Positions 9,108 through 20,230 of a stretch of DNA of 64,000 nucleotides are shown piece by piece (position 1 is the first letter of the stretch; each line of letters starts with the position of its first letter). Source of the stretch: Candidatus Bathyarchaeota archaeon (lineage in GTDB: Archaea > Thermoproteota > Bathyarchaeia > 40CM-2-53-6 > RBG-13-38-9). The notes under the pieces are model-generated. The model was not told where the DNA came from and searched no databases. It saw only the letters and a program-made list of their open reading frames with translations. The DNA is taken from assembly GCA_963807605.1 (NCBI GenBank), contig CAWECG010000004.1:96001-160000 (forward strand), written 5' to 3'. The position numbers were made by a program, and so were the translations under genes.

Positions 9108-10907
9108 ATGGCAAGAGTTGCAGTACTAGACAGGGACGCCTGTAAGCCAAAGGAGTGCGGATCCCTATGTGTCAAGTTCTGTCCTAAGGTTAGAACCAGA
9201 GTCGAGACTATAAAATTCATAGAGCATGAAAAAACGCCCATAATAACTGAGGCGCTATGCACTGGTTGCGGAATCTGCGTGAAGAAGTGCCCTTTCAAGG
9301 CTATAACGATAGTGAACCTTCCGGAAGAACTGGAGGGTGAGTGCAGTCATCGGTTCGGGCCCAATCTCTTCAAGCTCTATCGCCTTCCAATGCCCAAAAA
9401 GGGCCTTGTTACGGGGATCTTGGGCAGAAATGGAACAGGTAAAACTACGGCTCTGCAGATTCTTGCCGGCGAGCTGACGCCTAATCTGGGAGATTTTGAG
9501 ACCCAACCAGATTGGCAAGAGATAATACTGAAGTACAGAGGGTCAAGCCTCCAAACATACTTCGAGAGACTTTCAACAGGCAGACTAAAGGTTGTTCACA
9601 AGCCTCAATACGTTGACAAGATTACATATCCAGTCAAAGGTAAAGTCGCAGAGATCTTGGATGCTGCGGATGAGAAGGGTGTGATGCAGAAGCTCGCTCA
9701 AGACTTGCAGCTCCAAAAGATAATGGATCGGTCGATCGAAGTCCTAAGCGGTGGCGAGCTCCAGAGAGTTGCTATAGCAGCAGCGGCCGCTCGGCGAGGG
9801 GACGTCTACATATTTGATGAACCGTCGAGTCACCTAGATGTCAGCCAGAGGATTCGGGCTTCCAGAATAATCAGGGAGCTTGTCACAGAGAACGTGATTG
9901 TAATAGTGTCAGAGCACGATCTGGCTATGCTTGATTATCTCTCCGATCAGGTTTGCCTCATCTACGGTGAGCCAGGAGTCTACGGTATAGTCTCACACAT
10001 ACATGGACTGGGCGAGGGTATAAACATCTACCTGAGTGGCTTCATACCTGACGAGAATATGCGCTTTAGGGTCGAACCTATCAGATTCCATGTTAAACCG
10101 GCCAGAGAGGCGAGAGAAGAGGGCGGTGAGAAGATCCGGTGGGAAAGAATGACCGAACATCGAGGAGACTTCACTTTAGAAGTTGGGTCTGGTGAGATCG
10201 GTCAGGGCGAAGTTGTTGGAGTGTTGGGTCCTAATGGTATTGGGAAGACCACCTTCATAAAGCTCCTAGCAGGCGTGGACAGCTCGAGCAACACCAATCA
10301 GATACCTCTTTCTTTCCGCACTGTAAGCTACAAGCCACAATACATAGCGACTCAGTACTCCGGTCAAGTCCGTGAATTGCTTTCCAACCTTTCGCCAAAC
10401 AGTTACGGAACAGATCGCTATGAGAGTGAATTCCTGAGGCCTCTTGGACTGACGAAGCTCCTTGACAGAGATCTCAAAGATCTTAGCGGAGGAGAACTCC
10501 AGAGGGTAGCAATAGCAGCCTGTCTGTCCAGAAGTGCAAAGGTATTTCTCCTTGATGAGCCCAGCGCATATCTTGATGTAGAGGAGAGGCTTGTCGTTGC
10601 CAAGTTGATTCGGAGAACTGCAGAAGAACGAAGCGCTTTCGTTTTCGTCGTAGAACACGATATCGTTGCGCAAGACTTCGTTTCAGATCGCTTAATGATA
10701 TTCGAAGGGCAGCCTGGAGTGAAGGGCAAGGCGAATAAACCCGTTTCCTTGAGGGAGGGCATGAATACCTTTCTCTCCATGATGAACATGACGTTCAGAA
10801 GAGATCCAGATTCTGGCAGGCCAAGAGTCAATAAACCTGAAAGCAGACTCGACAGGACGCAGAAAGAAATAGGCGAGTACTACTACATCCCTACTTCTCA
10901 AGATTGA
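9108..10907 (+). CDS. rli: Ribosome recycling ATPase ABCE1 (RLI)
   Basis: N-terminal two-[4Fe-4S] Cys cluster, two NBDs each with LSGGELQR, C-terminal GRPRVNK..SRLDR motif. Confidence 0.97.
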   Translation: MARVAVLDRDACKPKECGSLCVKFCPKVRTRVETIKFIEHEKTPIITEALCTGCGICVKKCPFKAITIVNLPEELEGECSHRFGPNLFKLYRLPMPKKGLVTGILGRNGTGKTTALQILAGELTPNLGDFETQPDWQEIILKYRGSSLQTYFERLSTGRLKVVHKPQYVDKITYPVKGKVAEILDAADEKGVMQKLAQDLQLQKIMDRSIEVLSGGELQRVAIAAAAARRGDVYIFDEPSSHLDVSQRIRASRIIRELVTENVIVIVSEHDLAMLDYLSDQVCLIYGEPGVYGIVSHIHGLGEGINIYLSGFIPDENMRFRVEPIRFHVKPAREAREEGGEKIRWERMTEHRGDFTLEVGSGEIGQGEVVGVLGPNGIGKTTFIKLLAGVDSSSNTNQIPLSFRTVSYKPQYIATQYSGQVRELLSNLSPNSYGTDRYESEFLRPLGLTKLLDRDLKDLSGGELQRVAIAACLSRSAKVFLLDEPSAYLDVEERLVVAKLIRRTAEERSAFVFVVEHDIVAQDFVSDRLMIFEGQPGVKGKANKPVSLREGMNTFLSMMNMTFRRDPDSGRPRVNKPESRLDRTQKEIGEYYYIPTSQD

Positions 10908-10984
10908 TTAAACCTATGCTTAGGCTCACAGCAAAAGACACAAATTAGAGTCCTCCATCAAGGCCTTTGAGATGTATCCAGAAC

Positions 10985-11194
10985 ATGGCCAATTACTGTC
11001 CAGAGTGCGGCGGGGAACTCGGATATGATCCAGTAATCAAACAATACGCCTGCAAGAGCTGTGGATTGACATTCACCTCCCAACAACTCATGGAGGAAAA
11101 AGACAAGATGTTTGACAGGAGGGAGGGCGTTCTAGATCAGAAGAAGAAGAGACAGGATGACTACTTGAAGTGGTGGCTCTCAAAGAAAGATTAA
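10985..11194 (+). CDS. Small zinc-ribbon protein
   Basis: CPECGG...CKSCG, charged C-terminus ending YLKWWLSKK. Confidence 0.75.
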   Translation: MANYCPECGGELGYDPVIKQYACKSCGLTFTSQQLMEEKDKMFDRREGVLDQKKKRQDDYLKWWLSKKD

Positions 11195-11216
11195 GGTCAG
11201 AACTCGTTGGATTAGA

Positions 11217-12089
11217 ATGACCTGTAAAGTGGAACTGCTGTGCATCGGTAACGAGCTGCTCATCGGCAAGACCCTGAATACTAATGCGCAATGGCTGTCA
11301 GAGAGAATAACGAAGCTAGGCGGGGATGTGACCAGGATAACAGTAGTAGGCGACGACATCAAGGCTATCTCATCGACAATCAGGGAGGTCTCGGAAAGAA
11401 AACCCGACGTGGTTATAACATCTGGAGGGTTAGGACCCACATTTGACGACAAGACTCTTCAAGGCTTCTCGAACCTATTCAAGAAGCCGCTAAGGCTCGA
11501 TCAAAATGCGCTTAGACTGGTAAGATCAAGATACTCAAAGATACTGGGAAAGCAAGACCTTCAGCTAACGCGACCTAGATTGAAGATGGCCATGTTGCCT
11601 GTCGGAGCAAGAGCTATACCTAATCTCGTTGGCACGGCTCCTGGGGTGACATTGATTGAAGGAGAAACGAGGTTCATTATTCTCCCCGGCGTCCCCGCTG
11701 AACTTCAATCGATATTCGAAAATAGCATTGCGCGGCTGATCAAGAAGATTGCTGGCAGACAACACTTCTATGAGGCCAGCATCATCGTCTATGGACTGCT
11801 AGAATCACAAGTTGCCCCAATAATAGATCAAGTCATGGCTGCCATTCCTGAGGTGTACATCAAATCCCACGCGAAAGGCGGAGAAGGAAGGGTAGGAGGT
11901 TTCATTGAACTGCATTTCTCATCGAAAGGGACAGAACGCAGAACTGTGAGACACAGAATCATGAGAGCGATCACCATGATGAGTGAGCTTCTGGGCAGAT
12001 CCAGACCGACACAGCAGCCAGCACAGAAAAGGATCTTCAAACAAGTGACGACGCTTTCGGCAGATTACCCTAAGGTCACCCCTAGATGA
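11217..12089 (+). CDS. CinA-like protein (second paralog)
   Basis: GNELLIGKTLNTNA, SGGLGPTFDDKT, GTAPG and LPGVPAE motifs. Confidence 0.9.
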   Translation: MTCKVELLCIGNELLIGKTLNTNAQWLSERITKLGGDVTRITVVGDDIKAISSTIREVSERKPDVVITSGGLGPTFDDKTLQGFSNLFKKPLRLDQNALRLVRSRYSKILGKQDLQLTRPRLKMAMLPVGARAIPNLVGTAPGVTLIEGETRFIILPGVPAELQSIFENSIARLIKKIAGRQHFYEASIIVYGLLESQVAPIIDQVMAAIPEVYIKSHAKGGEGRVGGFIELHFSSKGTERRTVRHRIMRAITMMSELLGRSRPTQQPAQKRIFKQVTTLSADYPKVTPR

Positions 12090-12847
12090 ACCTAATATTT
12101 ATTGTTGGTATGGCTGGATCCGGGAAATCCTCACTCGTCGGATTCTTCCAAGAATGGCTGAGACTCAATGAACAGAACACTGCCACTGTTAATCTCGATC
12201 CAGGAGTCACCAATCTGCCATACAATCCCGACATTGATGTCAGAAGCTACATCAATCTTGGCGAAATAATGGAGAAGTATCAGCTAGGTCCCAATGGTGG
12301 TCTTGTCGTGGCAGCGGATCTCATTGGCGATAATATCGAATTCATAAGTGACGGCTTAAGCGAAATAGAACCCGACATTGTCTTAGTAGACACCCCTGGA
12401 CAGATCGAGCTATTTGCACTGAGAGAGAGCGGACCATTCATAGCCAATGAGATCGCGAAGTGTCCGAAAGCCGTAGTTTACCTATTCGATGGACCATTCT
12501 CTTCCAAACCACTGAACTACATTTCCAATACCTATCTTGCAGCAGCAGTCTACACAAGACTTCTCAAACCCCAAGTGTACGCTCTGACAAAAGCAGACCT
12601 TCTGGACAAAGAGAGACTTCAGGAGACGCTTAGCTGGGCCAAGCGTCCTTCAAGATTGATCGAGGCTCTAGAGAAAGGCCCGAACAAGACCGCTTCACTC
12701 GTGGGAAGTGACCTCTCAAGAGCCATATTCAGAACTAACCTGAGCTTTGATCTTATCCCAACCGCCTCAAAACAGTACTTGGGATTTTTGAATCTAAATG
12801 CGGCACTGACGCGGATTTTGACTGGTGGGGAAGAACTTCGGCCATGA
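12086..12847 (+). CDS. GPN-loop GTPase
   Basis: GMAGSGKS, NLDPG, LGPNGG, DTPGQIE and TKAD motifs. Confidence 0.93.
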   Translation: MNLIFIVGMAGSGKSSLVGFFQEWLRLNEQNTATVNLDPGVTNLPYNPDIDVRSYINLGEIMEKYQLGPNGGLVVAADLIGDNIEFISDGLSEIEPDIVLVDTPGQIELFALRESGPFIANEIAKCPKAVVYLFDGPFSSKPLNYISNTYLAAAVYTRLLKPQVYALTKADLLDKERLQETLSWAKRPSRLIEALEKGPNKTASLVGSDLSRAIFRTNLSFDLIPTASKQYLGFLNLNAALTRILTGGEELRP

Positions 12848-13186
12848 CCGCCAAGAGATGCTTGACCTTGACGAAGCGAATCTCGGATTCTGCAAAAGAA
12901 CTCCCTTGAATGCATAATTATGGCCGGGCCAGCTCAACATAGAAGACATCTGATTAGCTCGCAATTTGCGATAGTTGATATCTCGAAGAATTGCCAAGCT
13001 ACTTTCACCCGAATCGATCACCAAAATGAATAGAGAAATCCTTAAGTGTTGACTTTCTGCACTACCTTGGAAAATGACGGATGGTTGATACATTCCGTCA
13101 ATCAAGTCTTTGCTATACACGTGGTTTTGACTTGACAAGAAATGAACGAAGATATTGCCCGAGCTAAGTATACGGATGTGTATGTG

Positions 13187-13891
13187 ATGGGAAAAACGTC
13201 TACTAAGATAATCGAGAACGCCCTTGATGAAGGCAGACTTAACCTGCTCGAACCAGAGGCAAAGGCCATATGCATAGATTACGGAATTTCGACTCCAGAT
13301 TTCTCCGTAGCCTCGAGCAAAGATGAGGCTTTGGAAGCTTCCAAGAAGTTAGGTTACCCCGTAGTCCTGAAGATCGTCTCACCCGACATTCTTCATAAGA
13401 CGGAGGCCGGGGGCGTCATTGTAGGCTTGAATAGCGCCGAAGAGGTCGAGAAGGGCTACGACCAGATAATCCAAAATTCGAAGCGTTACAAAGTTGACGC
13501 GAAGATAAACGGCGTCTTGGTCCAGAAGATGGCTCCTAAGGGAACAGAGGTAATCGTGGGTGGACTTAAGGATCCACAGTTCGGACAAACCTTAATGTTC
13601 GGTCTTGGTGGCGTCTTCGTAGAAATATTGAAGGACGTCACATTCAGAATAGCCCCTATAGATGAGTCTGACGCACGATCCATGATGGCTGAGATAAAGG
13701 CGTACCCGCTCTTAAAGGGATATAGAGGCCAAGAACCCGTTGACGAGGATGCAATTGTCAAGATATTGCTGCAAGCATCCAAGCTTCTAATGGATCTCCC
13801 AGAGATAAATCAAATGGACCTTAATCCCATCATGGCTTATAACAAAGGAGCCAGCGTTGTAGATGCCAGAATGCTACTGGAAAAGCGGTAG
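13187..13891 (+). CDS. acdB: ADP-forming acyl/acetate-CoA ligase beta subunit (ATP-grasp)
   Basis: GYPVVLKIVSPDILHKTEAGGV, DPQFG..MFGLGG and DLNP motifs. Confidence 0.9.
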   Translation: MGKTSTKIIENALDEGRLNLLEPEAKAICIDYGISTPDFSVASSKDEALEASKKLGYPVVLKIVSPDILHKTEAGGVIVGLNSAEEVEKGYDQIIQNSKRYKVDAKINGVLVQKMAPKGTEVIVGGLKDPQFGQTLMFGLGGVFVEILKDVTFRIAPIDESDARSMMAEIKAYPLLKGYRGQEPVDEDAIVKILLQASKLLMDLPEINQMDLNPIMAYNKGASVVDARMLLEKR

Positions 13892-13963
13892 AGATTCAGA
13901 ATAATTCTAAGATAACGTTGAGTCGTTTATGCCAAAATACGGTCAGATTACTGGAACTGCTCA

Positions 13964-14326
13964 GTGGATCTGACCGTGACCGACTTGAAAGTCTACGTTG
14001 ACGGCTCAGGGAAGAACGGTACCTACTGCTATCTTGTAGCAGGGTCTAACCCTCGAATATTCACAGAAGGAAATCTAACAAACAACCAGGCCGAGTACAA
14101 AGCAATAATTGCAGCACTTAGAGAGCTTCCGGGAGAAGACCTCACAGTGTATTCTGACAGTCAACTGGCTGTAAGACAACTGAACGGCATATACCAAATA
14201 AAAGACCCTGAACTTAGGAATCTGGCTTCAAGGGTTCATGGATTATGTCAAAACAGAGAAATCCACTTCAAATGGCTTCCGCGTGAACGAAATCTGGCAG
14301 GAAAGATACTTGAGAAGTTTGTTTGA
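13964..14326 (+). CDS. rnhA: Ribonuclease HI family protein
   Basis: YVDGS, TNNQAEY, YSDSQL and WLPRERN motifs. Confidence 0.88.
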   Translation: MDLTVTDLKVYVDGSGKNGTYCYLVAGSNPRIFTEGNLTNNQAEYKAIIAALRELPGEDLTVYSDSQLAVRQLNGIYQIKDPELRNLASRVHGLCQNREIHFKWLPRERNLAGKILEKFV

Positions 14327-14398
14327 ACTTGAGCAGCTTCATAGACTGATGAAGAGAACCTGTCATGCCACGACAATAGCGCAGAATATATAGGAAAG

Positions 14399-14593
14399 AT
14401 GACTCAACAGAAAGAAGACCAATCAAAGCATTTTCGAAGGCAGGATAAAGTGAAAAAGGAAGAGAGTAACAAATGCCCGCGTTGCGGAGCAGAACTATCA
14501 AAGAAAGCTTCGATAAGAGATTATAGCTACATGTTTATGCTAGTATGCGAGAAGTGTGGATATACCTCAACGGAAAAGCCTGTAAGTATATAG
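14399..14593 (+). CDS. Small zinc-finger protein
   Basis: CPRCG...CEKCG; start uncertain. Confidence 0.55.
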   Translation: MTQQKEDQSKHFRRQDKVKKEESNKCPRCGAELSKKASIRDYSYMFMLVCEKCGYTSTEKPVSI

Positions 14594-14722
14594 TTACTTA
14601 AATACCCACAGATGATGCACACGATGCAAGTCGAATATCTGCAGGGTCACTCATGGCCATCAAGACTGTAGAGTTCATGAACAGCCTCCACGAACCAACT
14701 AATAGCGAGGGATGAGGCTTCA

Positions 14723-15595
14723 ATGGAAGACAATGAAGCTGAAGCCAGGTATGAGCTGATAGATGCCGTTGAGGCCGGACTCGAAAAGATTAGGACTCAA
14801 CGAGCAAAACTTCAGGATGACTGCAAAACATGGGTCGAACGTCGCAACAACTTCAACGGCGAACTCAAGGAACTGAGCGAAAAGATAAGAAATATCAAGA
14901 ATGAAAGGGATGCTGTGAACTCCGAGGTCAAGGCTCTCAAGGAATCCAGAGACAAGATCCGGGCGGAGATAACAGAGAAACACAACAAGATTGCTTTGAT
15001 TCTAATACCTCTCAAAGAATTCCGTTCACAAGTTCAAGGTACTTTCCATCAGACAAAGAGCTCCTTTGAAGAACTCGAATGGGAATTACAGACATCATGT
15101 CTCGATCCGAAGGAAGAAAGCAGGCTCTTAAGACAGGTCAAAGAACTGGAGTTGCAGCTTGTGAAACATCAGCGAGTGAATGAGCTTAAGGCGATAATTA
15201 CGGAGCATAGAGCTGCCATTGAACCCCTGAAGCCTAACGCTCAATCAATTCACCAGAAGATCCTAGCGACTGCTGAAGTGAGTGCACGATTGCATGGAGA
15301 GATGATGCAGCTTGTTACTAAACTGAAGGAGATTAAGACCGCAGCGGATGAAGCGCATAGAAAGTACGTAGAAGCACGAAATGAGTCCGAACGGTTAGAA
15401 CAGGAGCTTGTGCGCATTGTCTTGGAGAAAAAGAGACTTCGGAGTGAGATCCTAGGAGACGAGGAGACCGAGCGCTTGAAGAAGCGAAAAGAATTCGCTG
15501 ACAGACTTGCCGAGTCAGGCTCAGCAAAGCTGAGTCAAGGAAAGAGGTTGTCTCTTGAGGAGTTCAAGGTTCTGATGGAGCAGAAGAAGATCTAG
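14723..15595 (+). CDS. Archaeal coiled-coil protein (COG1340-like)
   Basis: Long heptad-rich helix; LEWELQT..LDPKEE and C-terminal GKRLSLEEF motifs. Confidence 0.8.
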   Translation: MEDNEAEARYELIDAVEAGLEKIRTQRAKLQDDCKTWVERRNNFNGELKELSEKIRNIKNERDAVNSEVKALKESRDKIRAEITEKHNKIALILIPLKEFRSQVQGTFHQTKSSFEELEWELQTSCLDPKEESRLLRQVKELELQLVKHQRVNELKAIITEHRAAIEPLKPNAQSIHQKILATAEVSARLHGEMMQLVTKLKEIKTAADEAHRKYVEARNESERLEQELVRIVLEKKRLRSEILGDEETERLKKRKEFADRLAESGSAKLSQGKRLSLEEFKVLMEQKKI

Positions 15596-15714
15596 TCACT
15601 GATCATCAATTGACTAGCGTAGTTCAATGAAGCCTCACATCAGTAAGGATCCACGAACAGAATGCCATCATATTCTTCAAGATTCGACGAAGTGTTTGGA
15701 AAGGGGATTTAGGC

Positions 15715-16497
15715 GTGCTCACAGGTTTTCTACGAGCAATAGGTGTCTACAAAGTATACGAAAAATGGTTGACCGAGCAGGTAAAGAGAGCCGATATGCC
15801 CCGGCACATTGGTGTCATTTTAGACGGTAACAGGCGGTGGGCCATAGAAAGGTCACTGACCGTTGCTGAGGGCCATTTTAGAGGCGCAATGAAGGGGGAA
15901 GACTTTCTTGATTGGTGTCTGAGCCTGGGTGTAAGGACAGTAACAATATATGCTTTCTCGGCGGAGAATTTTCAGAGATCATCAGATGAGGTAAAGAATA
16001 TTCTCTCAATTATAGAAAGACAAGCTCTACGACTCACGTCCGATTTGAGAATACATGACAAAAAAGTCAGAGTGAAGGCGCTCGGGAGGCTAGACTATCT
16101 TCCTGAGGGTCTAAGAAGGGTTCTCCAAGGAATTGAGGAGGCGACAATGGCCTACGACGGACACTACCTCAACATTGCGGTAGCATACGGAGGCAGAGCG
16201 GAGATAATTGACGCCACAAGGAATATCGCGCGCGACGTGAGCGAAGGCAAAGTGGCCATCGACCAAATAGACGAGACCTCTTTCATGAAATACCTCTACA
16301 CAGCTCATCTTCCAAACCCCTATCCCGACATGATAATTAGAACATCAGGTGAAGAACGCCTGAGCGGATTCTTACTTTGGCAATCTGCATACAGTGAACT
16401 CTGTTTCATCGATGTCTGGTGGCCTGACTTCAGAAAGATAGACCTACTCCGGGCTATACGAACATATCAGAAGCGCGTGAGGAAACTCGGTAAGTAG
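15715..16497 (+). CDS. uppS: cis-prenyltransferase (polyprenyl diphosphate synthase)
   Basis: HIGVILDGNRRWA, YAFSAENF and IRTSGEERLSGFLLWQ motifs. Confidence 0.95.
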   Translation: MLTGFLRAIGVYKVYEKWLTEQVKRADMPRHIGVILDGNRRWAIERSLTVAEGHFRGAMKGEDFLDWCLSLGVRTVTIYAFSAENFQRSSDEVKNILSIIERQALRLTSDLRIHDKKVRVKALGRLDYLPEGLRRVLQGIEEATMAYDGHYLNIAVAYGGRAEIIDATRNIARDVSEGKVAIDQIDETSFMKYLYTAHLPNPYPDMIIRTSGEERLSGFLLWQSAYSELCFIDVWWPDFRKIDLLRAIRTYQKRVRKLGK

Positions 16498-16677
16498 ATT
16501 AAATCGAGCTTCAATATTGCAGGAATGGACGGCTGAAATTCAATGTGCCTCGCGAGAATTCAAGAGCGAGGAGCCGAAGAGGGGGCATTTGCCACAACCC
16601 GCTTATCAGTTCAGAAGCGAAGAGCCACAACTCAACCTAGAAGTCGCCCAAAGATCTCTGGGCGGTGATTTGGCAAT

Positions 16678-19600
16678 ATGGTTTACATAAAAAGGATCGA
16701 CCTCAGAGGATTCAAAACCTTCGGCAAGAAGGCTACGCTGAAGCTCAGTCAAGGATTGACAGTCATCACTGGGCCGAACGGTTCTGGCAAGTCAAACGTT
16801 CTAGACTCGCTTAGGTTTGCGCTCGGAGAACTGAGCCCCAAGGAACTGAGGGGGTCTTCACTCTCAGACCTCGTATCAAAATCAAATTTTTCGAACCCTC
16901 CCAGATCAGCGCACGTATCAGTCCAATTTGATAACGCTGATAGGAGACTGCCCATGGATGCAGACTCCGTCACAATATCGCGCGAATTCTACAGAGGAGG
17001 AGAAGGCGTATACCGCCTTAATGGTAGAAGAGTCTCTCGAAAACAACTGACCGAACTGCTTTCATCAGCCGATATTCACGTGGCAGGATATAATATTGTT
17101 CCACAACATGCCATAACAAGACTCGCCGAGGTTACCTCCGAGGAGCGACGTAAGATAGTGGAGGACCTCGTAGGTCTGGGGACATATGACCTGAAGAAAG
17201 CTGAGGCCCAGATCCAACTCACTCAAGCCGATACAAACCTCAGGATCGCTTCAGCTAGAGTTGATGAAGTAAGAATTCGAGTGGAATCTCTTGAGAAAGA
17301 AAGAAACGACTTCTTGAGACACGCCCTTCTAACCAAAGAGATCACAAAACTGCAGGCACAGACTATATCAAGTAAAATAGCAACTCTGACAGACGATATC
17401 AAAGCCCTCAGAGAACAAACCGATAGTAAAGAGTCGCAGCTAAACAATTTGAAAGCCGAAAGAGACAGACTCTCTCTCTCACGACTACAAATTGAACAAG
17501 AGATGAGAAACCTCCAAGAGAAGCTTGTGGAGAAGGGAGGACAGAAGATACATGAACTTGAGAGATCTCTAAGCGAGATAAATTCCACAATAGGCAGCCT
17601 CAAGGCAGAAATTGAGGCTAAGAAACTGAATCTTCAACTTCTCAAGAGACAGAACGAGGGCTTAGAACAAGATAAAGGACAATACCTGTCTGAACTTGAA
17701 GCGACAAGGACCGAACTTGCCAAACTTGAAAAGGAAGAAGTTCAGCTTGAAACGCCCCTAAAGGAAAAGGAAACCAGCGCCCACGAGCTCTCAATCAGAA
17801 TCCAAGCAATGAAGAATGAACTGGCAGAAAAGTCTAGAGTTCTTAAAGAGACTGAAGGAAAACTTGAACTAGCAAACAAAGAATTTGTCAAGGCCAGCTC
17901 ACAACTCGAAGCTGAATCAACTAGAATCACTATAGTAGAGGATGAATTCAAGACAGCCCAAGTTCGAGAACTTGAACTTCAAAAGTCTCTTGAAGATGCA
18001 CAGAAAAGAAGAGACGAGCTTAGCGATGCACGGCGACGTCAAGAGGAAACATTGAACAAGACCGATCAGGAAATAACCCAATGCTTGACCCCGACGGAGC
18101 AGAGACAAAAAGAACTGGGTGAGGCCACAGAGATTGCTGAAATGGCCAATGAATCGATACTTGAGTTCGATGCTCAAAAGAAAATCGTGAACATATTAAA
18201 TCCAGAAGAGTTGACTCTGACTGGAATTGAGGAGTTGCGAGCCTCCAATATCCTGCATGGTGTTGTGGGTCGCCTGAGAGATCTTCTACGACTTGACAAG
18301 AGATATGAGAGAGCGGTTTACGCTGCCTGCGGAGATTGGCTAGATTCAATAGTCGTCAAGGATCTTGCTACGGCCATCACCTGCGTCGAATGCCTTAAAC
18401 GTTACAGGCTCGGTCGGATCAAAATAATCCCTCTCGACGTCGTGGCAGGCACGTCTCAGATAAGTGAGACGCCCGATGTTGAAGGCGTGATCAGCCGGCT
18501 AGTTGACTGTGTAAAATACGATGCCTCACTTGAATCTGCGGTGAACTTTGTTCTCGGCGACACAGTAGTGACAGAGAGTCAAAGATCTGCTTACCTGTCA
18601 TCCATCCGAGGGTTCAGAGCAGTCGTTCTGACTGGAGATTTGTATGAGCCTGGAGGCGCTATAGAAGCTGGCTATTATAGGGTGCCACTTGACATAGGCT
18701 CCATAGCGCCGAGAGCCGGGCTCCTCAATGACCTTAAAGAGACAATCGTCTCCCTCAACGATCTCGCTGAGAAGGCTGGAGCCCGCCTACTGAGCCTCAG
18801 ATCAAGAGTTGAGAAACTCAAAGAGGAAAGACACGGAATACGGAGAAGTCTAGACCAAATTCAGAACGACACTGAAGTAGTCGAAACCAAGCTCGTCTCC
18901 GTAAGCGAGGAGATGACGAGAGTAAAGGGTAAGCTCAAGTCTCTGGAAGAGCACATCGAAAAATCTGGAGAAAGCATCAAAACCTATGCGGATAGGAAAT
19001 GTGAATTAGAGAAGACCCTGAGGATTCTCGGGGATGCAAAGAACGCGCTAAATAGTATTGTTCATTCGGAAGAGATCAGGAGCTCTGAAGGGCAACACTC
19101 ACTTTTGATAGACGAACTGAATAGAATAAACGGAATGAAAGCAGTTATTCATTCGAGAATCTCAAGTCTCAAAACGGCCATAGAGTCGAAAGGTCAGATC
19201 TTGGAACGCACAGAATCTCAGTTAAGCTATATTCAGGGAAAAGAGCACGAACTCGCATCAGGACTTGGATCCGCAGAAATCGAGCTTGAGACTTATAGCA
19301 ATAAGCTATCTGAAGTCACACTGGAGAGAGATAACCTTGTCAGGTCACTGGAGTCCTTGAGGGAGGGCACGGCCAACGCCCAAACAAGACTGGATGATGT
19401 AAACGAGTCTCTCCGCAGGGCTGAGCAAGAGTTAGAGCCGCTAAACTCGAATCTAATCATGCTAAGACTTGAACTCAATAAGAAGGAGCTTGAAGAGAAC
19501 TACCTCCTAGAGGAACTTGGCAGGCTTGGATACGAAAGAATCGCTTGAGGTCTCTGATCTAGATCCGAGAACAGTTGAGACTCATCTCTCAACTTTAAGA

Positions 19601-20230
19601 GATGAACTCCAGCAGATAGGCGCCGTAAATGCCCTCGCCGTTGCACACTATGAAGAGCAGAGGAAGAACTACAAGCAGCTATCCATAAGGATAAACCAGC
19701 TCGAAGAAGAGAAACGATCTATTCTGAGGTTTATGGAAGAGATAGATCGAAAGAAACGCGATACTTTCATGGATGTCTTCGATAGATTAAGTCGCAACTT
19801 CGATGAGATCTTCTCAAAAATCACTGATGGCGGTGAGGGTAGACTGGTGCTTGAGAACCCCGAAGATGTCTTCAGTGCTGGCGTAGACATGCACCTCGCA
19901 TTCCCGGGGAAGGCAGAGTTATCCATAGGAAGCGCTAGTGGAGGGGAGAAATCTGTAGCCGCAGTCTGTTTCTTACTAGCTCTACAAGGGATACATCCAA
20001 TGCCGTTCTACGTCTTTGACGAGATCGATGCACATCTGGACATGGTCAACTCCCAAAGACTTGCCGATCTTCTCAAGGATCGCTCAACCAACTCTCAATT
20101 CATAGTCGTCTCCCTAAAAGATACGACCATCTCAAGGGCCAGCGGGGTCTACGGAATATTCATACAGGATGGCTTCTCCCAAGTTGTATCACTTCCAAAA
20201 CCAGAGGCTCAAAATGATGTCAGAACTTGA
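16678..20230 (+). CDS. smc: Chromosome segregation protein SMC, split by an apparent one-base frameshift near 19535
   Basis: Walker A GPNGSGKS, coiled coils and hinge in ORF 16678-19548; SGGEKS and FDEIDAHLD in ORF 19517-20230; deleting one A gives ...LGYEESLEV... and about 1180 aa. Confidence 0.92.

Noticed and set aside
19519-19552. BHB-like fold at the smc frameshift (AGGC/GCTT helix, TTG and GAG bulges, GAT/ATC inner stem)
   Set aside because: Canonical cuts would remove 21 nt, which does not fix the frame and runs into TGA. The stems are weak, and a single-base indel explains the site.
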